Assembly: GCA_964016885.1 (NCBI GenBank)
Contig: OZ024741.1
Location: forward strand, 3,472,001-3,536,000
Direction: 5' to 3'
DNA: 64,000 nucleotides
Origin: Eledone cirrhosa
Lineage: Eukaryota
A program made the position numbers and the translations under genes. Of this stretch, positions 48,001-55,883 are shown in pieces. Within the stretch, counting starts at the first letter, position 1, and each line of letters opens with the position of its first letter. Under the pieces are notes generated by a model, which saw only the letters and a program-made list of their open reading frames with translations, was not told where the DNA came from and ran no database searches.

Positions 48001-50317
48001 ATATGTAGGTTGTTGACGACTTAACACGATATACACACCTGCTAGACTATATATGTAGGTTGCTGATGAGTTAACGCTATATACTCACCTGCTAGACTAT
48101 ATATGTAGGTTGTTGGTGACTTAACGTTATATACACAACTGCTAGACTATATATGTAGTTTGTTGGTGACTTAACACTATATACACACCTGCTAGACTAT
48201 ATATGTAGGTTGTTGATGAGTTAACGCTATATATACACCTGCTGGACTATATATGTAGGTTGTTGGTGACTTAACACTATATACACACCTGCTAGACAAT
48301 ATATGTAGGTTGTTGGTGACTTAACGTTATATACACACCTGCTAGACTATATATGTAGGTTGTTGGTGACTTAACGTTATATACACACCTGCTAGACTAT
48401 ATATGTAGGGTGTTGGTGACTTAACACTATATACACACCTGCTAGACAATATATGTAGGTTGTTGGTGACTTAATGCTATATACACACCTGCTAGACAAT
48501 ATATGTAGGTTGTTGGTGACTTAATGCTATATACACACCTGCTAGACTATATATGTAGGTTGTTGGTGACTTAACACTATATACACACCTGCTAGACTAT
48601 ATATGTAGGGTGTTGGTGACTTAACACTATATACACACCTGCTAGACAATATATGTAGGTTGTTGGTGACTTAATGCTATATACACACCTGCTAGACTAT
48701 ATATGTAGGTTGTTGGTGACTTAACACTATATACACACCTGCTAGACTATATATGTAGGTTGTTGGTGATTTAACACTATATACACACCTGCTAGACTAT
48801 ATATGTAGGTTGTTGGTGACTTAACGCTATATACACACCTGCTAGACTATATATGTAGGTTGTTGGCGACTTAACACTATATACACACCTGCTAGACTAT
48901 ATATGTACGATGTTGGTGACTTAACGCTATATACACACCTGCTAGACTATATATGTACGATGTTGGTGACTTAACGCTATATACACACCTGCTAGACTAT
49001 ATATGTACGGTGTTGGTGACCTAACACTATATACACACCTGCTAGACTATATATGTAGGTTGTTGATGACTTAACACTATATACACACCTGCTAGACTAT
49101 ATATGTAGGTTGTTGGTGACTTAACACTATATACACACCTGCTAGACTATATATGTAGGTTGTTGGTGACTTAACACTATATACACACCTGCTAGACTAT
49201 ATATGTAGGTTGTTGGTGACTTAACGTTATATACACACCTGCTAGACTATATATGTAGGTTGTTGGTGACTTAACACTATATACACACCTGCTAGACTAT
49301 ATATGTAGGTTGTTGGTGACTTAACGTTATATACACACCTGCTAGACTATATATGTAGGTTGTTGGTGACTTAACACTATATACACACCTGCTAGACTAT
49401 ATATGTAGGTTGTTGGTGACTTAACGTTATATACACACCTGCTAGACTATATATGTAGGTTGTTGATGACTTAACGCTATATACACACCTGCTAGACTAT
49501 ATATGTAGGTTGTTGGTGACTTAACACTATATACACACCTGCTAGACTATATATGTAGGTTGTTGGTGACTTAACACTATATACACACCTGCTAGACTAT
49601 ATATGTAGGTTGTTGGTGACTGAACGTTATATACACACCTGCTAGACTATATATGTAGGTTGTTGGTGACTTAACACTATATACACCTGCTGTACTATAT
49701 ATGTAGGTTGTTGGTGACTTAACACTATATACACACCTGCTAGACTATATATGTAGGTTGTTGGTGACTTAACACTATATACACACCTGCTAGACTATAT
49801 ATGTAGGTTGTTGGTGACTTAACACTATATACACACCTGCTAGACTATATATGTAGGTTGTTGGTGACTTAACGTTATATACACACCTGCTAGACTATAT
49901 ATGTAGGTTGTTGGTGAAATAACGCTATATACACACCTGCTAGACTATATATGTAGGTTGTTGGTGACTGAACGTTATATACACACCTGCTAGACTATAT
50001 ATGTAGGTTGTTGGTGACTTAACACTATATACACACCTGCTAGACTATATATGTAGGTTGTTGGTGACTTAACACTATATACACACCTGCTAGACTATAT
50101 ATGTAGGTTGTTGGTGACTTAACACTATATACACACCTGCTAGACTATATATGTAGGTTGTTGGTGACTGAACGTTATATACACACCTGCTAGACTATAT
50201 ATGTAGGTTGTTGGTGACTTAACGTTATATACACACCTGCTAGACTATATATGTAGGTTGTTGGTGACTTAACGTTATATACACACCTGCTAGACTATAT
50301 ATGTACGATGTTAATGA
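1..50317. repeat. 50-bp tandem satellite array, ~1,000 monomers, open at the left window edge
   Basis: Continuous head-to-tail copies of CACTATATACACACCTGCTAGACTATATATGTAGGTTGTTGGTGACTTAA, mostly 0-4 substitutions per unit, with recurrent 48/49/51/52-bp indel variants. No unique spacers, inversions or insertions noticed. No ORFs in the supplied track. Confidence 0.99.
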
Positions 50318-50319
50318 TG

Positions 50320-50413
50320 TTCCTCAGCTCTTCGGCAATCGACTGACAGAACCCTCTGGCAGGAGTGTTTCAGGAATCTGCACCCATGAACCTCTCAAGA
50401 ATAAGTGGGAGTA

Positions 50414-50416
<3 letters not shown>
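50320..50416 (+). mobile_element. 3'-terminal remnant of an RTE/Rex3-like LINE
   Basis: ctgacagaaccctctggcaggagtgtttcaggaatctgcacccatgaacctctcaagaataagtggg aligns by eye with the LINE 3' end at ~60342-60407 (ctgacaaggcccgctggaagaagtgtttgaggactctaccccacgaccctctctggaataagtggg). Translates TDRTLWQECFRNL versus SDKARWKKCLRTL. Confidence 0.7.

Positions 50417-50487
<71 letters not shown>
50417..50487. repeat. compound microsatellite (TA)n(TG)n
   Basis: Directly visible. Confidence 0.98.
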
Positions 50488-50490
<3 letters not shown>

Positions 50491-50826
50491 TATAGTATAT
50501 GAATTTATAAAAATAAGTGTCATTTTATTTCTTGTTATATACAAGTTATGTTCAAATAGTATGTGTAACAACAGTTTGAACGAAAAGGGTCCGTAAAGAT
50601 GGCTGTATATTTGTTATTTATATTTGTGTGTATGTGACTGGCAACCGTTCTCACTTCCCACCTCCACCACATTCGGTATATATGTCCGATGCTGTATGCT
50701 AACCACTCCCTCATGAATATATCATAGAACAGACAAGGGGAAGATGGAGAGTCCTGTAATCCGCAATGTAGGCAACTCGTCGAGGAGAGCTACCACTCCG
50801 AATAAATTGGTGCGGGGTAGAGAAGT

Positions 50827-51078
50827 CCCCTAAGTCCAGTAAGACAACTTCTTTAGTGCTGGTGGCACTAATAAAAACACCCAGTCCATGCTGTAAAATG
50901 GAGGTGTTGATAGGGCCCCTGAGTCCAGTAAGACAACCTCTCTAGTGCTGGTGGCACGAATAAATGCACCCAGTCCATGCTGTAAAATGGAGATGTGGTT
51001 AGGGCCCCTGAGTTCACTAAGACAACCTCTCTAGTGCTGGTGGCACGAATAAAAGCACCCAGTCCATGCTGTAAAGTG
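50827..51078 (+). repeat. three tandem 89-bp units in the RTE 5'UTR
   Basis: tagtgctggtggcac..ataaa..cacccagtccatgctgtaaa starts at 50854, 50943 and 51032 (period exactly 89). Confidence 0.95.
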
Positions 51079-51128
51079 GTGCTGGTGTTAGGAAGGGCAT
51101 CGAACCAGTATAATAAAAAGCCAAAATT

Positions 51129-54100
51129 ATGAGCACGACAAATAAGAATTGTAACAACTGCATCAACAGCAATAATACTAACCGTGTTAGGGCTGCGCAC
51201 GGTAGTGGGGTGGCTGGTGCGGCCATGTGCGAGAACCCCCCGACCGTCATCAAGCAGTCGCACAAAAACAACTGCGTAAACAACAATAACTCTAACCATG
51301 TTAGAGCTGCGCAGGGAAGTGGGGTGGCTAGTGAGGCCATGTGTGAGAAACCCACAACCGTCATCAAGCAATCGCACAACAGGAAAAAGAACGAGACGTC
51401 GCATCTCAGAGTTGCCACACTTAATGTTGGCACTCTAACAGGTAGATCTGGTGAGATTGCAGAGATGCTGGAGAGAAGGCATGTGGATGTGTGCTGTGTG
51501 CAAGAGGTGAGATGGAGAGGAGCCTCTGCAAGACTAATCGCAGGCAAACATCGTAGTTATAAGCTTTTCTGGGTGGGTAATGATGATGGGTTAGGTGGGG
51601 TGGGCATATTACTGGCTGAGAGATGGATCAATAAGACAATAGAGGTAGTTAGAGTTAGTAATAGAATAATTAAGCTTAGTTTAGTTGTAGGTCAGAGACT
51701 ACTGACAATCATCTCTGCCTATGCTCCCCAGGCAGGCCTAGGTAAAGAAGAGAAAGACTGCTTTTATGCGCAACTTTTACAGACAGCCTCAATGACAGAG
51801 GACAAAGACATCATTATGCTAGCAGGGGACTTCAATGGACATGTTGGACAGCTCCAGGATGGATACACTGGGGTACATGGTGGGCACGGTTACGGCTCAA
51901 GAAATGAAGGAGAGAAGCTTCTTGAATTTTGTGATGCAAATGCACTAACCATTTGCAACACTAACTTCCAGAAGCTTACCAACCACCTAATAACCTACAA
52001 ATTAAGCGAGCACATAAGCCAGATTGACTTCCTGCTAGTTAGACAGCGAAACAGACGGATGGTGTCAAATACTAAGGCTTACTCTGGGGAAGAATGTACC
52101 CCACAGCATAGGTTAGTCGTTAGTGACATCTCAGTAAGCAAGAGAAAGAATGAAACATACAGGAAGGTGTGGAAAAGAAAGGTCTGGAAACTAAAAGACC
52201 TTTCATTAAAATATAAATTTAGGAAAGCCCTTCAAGATGTGTATGACGAAAAAGAAGACGATTTAGAATCGTATGACATAGATGATAACTGGAATTTCTT
52301 GCGTGACAACTTACTGCAGGCTACTGAAGAAACTTGTGGTTGGGGCAGAGCTTCAACCAGACAGAGTGACCTGGTGGGGGACAGCACGGTAGATAGGGCC
52401 ATTAGAGACAAAAGACTAGCATGGAAGGCTTGGAAAAATGGTGGGAGTAGGGAAGGATACACAGCCGCTAAGAGAGAAGCTAGACGTCAGGTGTACTTAG
52501 CACGCAGGGAGGCTGAGAGTAGGAGGTTTGCCAATGTTCTGCGACAGGAAGATCAGAGACATGCGGTGTTCCGCATTGCAAGGCAGTGTGTCAGTGCAAA
52601 TCAGGGTGTTGTTAGAGATAAGTGTGTCTGGTGTACTTAGTGTCACGAATGATCAAAAGAAGGAGGGCTGGAAATGTCATTATGAGAGACTGATGAATGT
52701 AGAGAACGAATGGGACAGAGAGAAATTACCCCCAGTAGACTCAACAGAGGGACCAGCTATTGAGATTGACGAATATCGGATACAAGAGGCAATTAAAGAA
52801 ATGAAGAATGGTAAGGCTGCTGGGCTGTCAGGGATAGTTGCTGAGATGCTGAAGGCTTCAGAAGTAGGCACTAAACTAGTTGCACGCATTAATCAAGCTA
52901 TATATGGTGGTGTCATACCCAAAGACTGGTGCAGCAGTATTCTCATAAATTGCTACAAAGGTAAAGGGGATGCTCTAGAGAGGAGCAATTATAGGGGCAT
53001 AAAGCTGATGGATCAGGTTATGAAAGTGGCAGAGAGAATATTAGCGCAACTGATTAGAGAAAGGGTCAAATTAGATGAGATGTTTTGTGTCTCGGAAAAG
53101 TACAACAGATGCCCTCTTCTTAGTGAGGCAACTACAAGAGAGGGTCTTAGAGAAGAATAAGCCACTATGCTTAGCTTTTGTTGACCTAGAGACGGCCTTT
53201 GATAGGGTACCCCCAATCTGTCATCTGGTGGTCCTAAGGAAACTAGGTGTAGAGGAATGGCTTGTGAGGACAGTGCAAGATATGTACAGGGGTACTGTCA
53301 GTAAAGTGAGAGTAGGTATGGAGTTTAGTGAGGAATTCCAGATACAAGTAGGTGTACATCAAGGTTCTGTCCTCAGCCCACTCTTATTCATTATAGTCCT
53401 CCAAGCCATAACGGAGGAGTTTAAGCCTGGATGCCCATGGGAACTTCTTTATGCTGATGATCTGGTTCTTATAGCAGAATCAGTAAAGGAGCTAGAGAAT
53501 AAATTCTGGCTATGGAAACAGTAGTTGGAATCAAGAGGACTGAGAGTGAACATAGCTAAAATAAAGGCGTTGATAAGTAGAAGAGAGGAAAATACTCTGA
53601 TTCCATCAGGGAAATGACCATATTCGATATGTAGGAAAGGAACTGGCATAAATTCCATAAAATGTACGCAATGCAGATCTTGGGTACACAAGAAATGTAG
53701 TGGGATAGCAGGCAAACTAACAGGTAGGGAAAACTACGTATGCAGTAGATGTATGCAGTAGATGTACAGTAGATGTACAAAGTTGGCAGTAGTAATCGAT
53801 GTGATAGATTCATTTTTCCAATGCAGGTGGGTTCTATAGAAGTGGTTGATAGCTTCCGGTACCTAGGTTTTCAGATTAGCATGGGAGGGAGGGGGGTCCG
53901 GGGCCATAGTATCTAGAATAAGGACGGGTTGGAAGAAGTTTAGGGAGCTGCTCCCTCTGTTGACAAAGAAGGGTTTCTTCCTGCGTACGAAAGGACGGTT
54001 ATATGATGCCTGTGTGAGATGCGCGATGCTGCATGGTAGTGAGACATGGGCAGCAACTGCAGAGGATATGCGACGGCTGGAGAGAATAAAGCAAGTATGT

Positions 54101-54447
54101 TCCGTTGGATGTGCAATGTCAATGTGCGTGAACGACCAAGCATAGACGAGTTGAGAAAGAAACTGGGTATAAGAGGGATAAGTTGTGGTGTTCAGGAGAG
54201 AAGGCTGAGATGGTATGGACATGTGATGCGCATGGAGGCTGACCGATGGGTGGAGAAGTGCCAGGAAGTCCCAGTGGAGGGAAGACGCAGTAGAGGTAGA
54301 CCACGAAAAACATTGGCGAAGGTGGTGAGAGCAGACCTCAGATCGCTGAAACTCACGGAGGAGATGACGAAGGGCCGTGACGGGTGGAGAGATGCTGTGC
54401 TGAATATGACCCGTCCAACCCTTGCAAGCAGGGAAAAGCGGGCGTAA
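51129..54447 (+). pseudogene. RTE ORF (APE endonuclease + reverse transcriptase), frameshifted with internal stops
   Basis: EN motifs TLNVGTL, VQEVRW, SAYAPQ, GDFNGHVG, IDFLL, QHRLV. RT motifs YKGKGD..NYRGIKL, AFVDLETAFDRVP, GVHQGSVLSPLLF, LLYADDLVL. Split over ORFs 51129-52640, 52528-53160, 53075-53524, 53960-54145 and 54046-54447. Stops at 53522 and 53615. Confidence 0.95.
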
Positions 54448-54448
54448 A

Positions 54449-54480
<32 letters not shown>

Positions 54481-54493
54481 ATATATATATATA
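54449..54493 (+). repeat. (GAT)n LINE tail followed by (AT)n
   Basis: Ten GAT units (54451-54480) just after the RTE stop codon. Short tandem-repeat tails are characteristic of RTE elements. Confidence 0.9.
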
Positions 54494-54495
54494 CA

Positions 54496-54651
54496 TCAGT
54501 AATTGCTTTTGTAATGGTCTCTGATATCTTTGATTCTGTGCTGGATGTTCGGGTTAAGAGGGGGGCTGAACTGTCAACTGATCACCATCTAGTTATATAC
54601 AAGTTGAGACTACCTAAAGCCAAAGAAGCCCACAAAACTGGCAGGTCCAGG
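54496..54651 (+). mobile_element. RTE/Rex3-like LINE, left part (end of the endonuclease domain), interrupted by the hAT element
   Basis: Manual translation ...DSVLDVRVKRGAELSTDHHLVIYKLRL...KTGRSR contains the APE C-terminal SDH-type motif in the Rex3-like form. Confidence 0.85.
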
Positions 54652-54856
54652 CAGTGGCGTAACTAACGGGGAGAAGGGGGGGGTCCCTATCGGTCTAGGT
54701 GGGCCCCCTAGGCTATAATTCTAAACACATAACTTATTACACATGTAATTACGAATCCTTAACTTCAACAACGTAAAGAAAACGCTTAATCTCTAATAAG
54801 ACTAGAAGTTAAGACCAATCTCTTGTTTATTTAAAAAATATAATATTTCAGATAAA

Positions 54857-55105
54857 ATGGCAACTGCATCTAAAAAAAAGTGTAGACAATATTCCGTCGA
54901 ATAAAAACGTAAAATTTTTTTTACTTGCTTTCCCCACATCTTATTTAGTTGAGTCAGGTTTCAGTCAGGTGATGCATCTGCTTTCAAAAAGTCAAAATCG
55001 CCTTGATATAGAAAGAAGAGGTGATTTACGACTCTCTCTCTAACGGCTTTCACACCAAACATTGACAAATTAGTAGCCTTGCATCAATCACGGGGATCTC
55101 ATTAA
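54857..55105 (+). pseudogene. internally deleted Charlie/Buster-type hAT transposase remnant (N-terminus fused to C-terminus)
   Basis: MATASKKK/CRQYSVE (one frameshift) joined within ~20 bp to LLAFPTSYLVESGFSQVMHLLSKSQNRLDIERRGDLRLS...PNIDKLVALHQSRGSH*, which match the two termini of Buster/Charlie transposases. Confidence 0.8.
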
Positions 55106-55519
55106 AAACCGATTATTATATTCTTTGATTTGTAAATATAAATAAATGATTTGATATCTAAATTCTATATTATTCTATTTGTTTGAAATGTTGTAATACA
55201 TACTTATGTTATTCTCGATACTCAGGTTTTTAACCTAATATTTAATTAAAAGTATAATTATGCATGAGTATATACACACAAATATATATATCTATATATT
55301 GTGTGTATATATCGAAAAAATATATATAATATTTTTATTTATGTTGTTACTTTTTATCATTAGTCACATTTTAGAACAATTTGGTATTTGCGACATTTCT
55401 TGAACTTTTGCTCTATGTTTTGTTTTTCGTCGATTATTTGACGTGTTTTACATTCTTCGGTGTTGAATATCAAATCAAGCTAATTGCATTATTCCAAGTG
55501 TGTCAATATAGTGCTCATT

Positions 55520-55859
55520 GGGGGTATAGTGTGATGTGTAGTGGCCGGAGGCTGGGCGTGCTTGACCGGAAGCGTACTCGACCGGAAGGGCGAGCAGATG
55601 TGACGTCAGCTTGAGAGGCCCCTTTCTCTTCTGCGGCAGTCATCGGACTGAGACAGACGTGCGATTTGAGGCTGCGATCGGCGAGCTGGATTGTACACAC
55701 GTGGAAGAGAGGAAAACCAGCCAACGACTTTGCCAGGACCAGAGAAATGCGGTAAGTGAGGTGGCTTTCTAATCACAAGCTATTTCGGCACTTAAAGACT
55801 TATAGAAAAAAAAAGGAAAAAGGAAGAATTTTTTTTTAAGACAAAGCCACTGGAAAACA
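55520..55859 (+). other. 340-bp GC-rich, promoter-like segment flanked by 20-bp direct repeats
   Basis: gtgtcaatatagtgctcatt at 55500-55519 and 55860-55879. Inside: CCGGAAG twice (55566, 55582), TGACGTCA (55601), CACGTG (55698), GTAAGT (55752). Confidence 0.65.
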
Positions 55860-55883
55860 GTGTCAATATAGTGCTCATTAACA

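Larger units (their letters stand above)
50630..54480 (+). mobile_element. near full-length, decayed RTE-clade non-LTR retrotransposon (5' boundary approximate)
   Basis: 5'UTR motifs recalled as typical of RTE elements (taggcaactcgtcgaggagag; ggtgttaggaagggcatc), then APE endonuclease, RT, C-terminal RRLRWYGHV..GRRSRGRPRK motif and a (GAT)n tail. Confidence 0.92.

Noticed and set aside
1-50317. CRISPR array
   Set aside because: Monomers are contiguous with no unique spacers, there are no cas genes, and the context is eukaryotic.
1-50317. Repeat-encoded protein or satellite-encoded ribozyme
   Set aside because: No ORF of 60 aa or more in the track, and the monomer has no CUGANGA/GAAA core on either strand.
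50405-50596. 63-aa ORF with YI/CV repeats
   Set aside because: Translation of the (TA)n(TG)n microsatellite.
50634-50720. HDV-like ribozyme at the RTE 5' end
   Set aside because: GCTAAC is present, but no consistent P1/P2/P3 nested double pseudoknot could be assembled by eye.
50868-51547. Two ~177-aa antisense ORFs with internal repeats
   Set aside because: They mirror the 89-bp and 114-bp duplications and the sense RTE ORF, and show no recognisable domain.
55269-55279. tatatacacac identical to the satellite core, suggesting the satellite came from the hAT
   Set aside because: An 11-bp low-complexity match, expected by chance in a TA/CA-rich genome.
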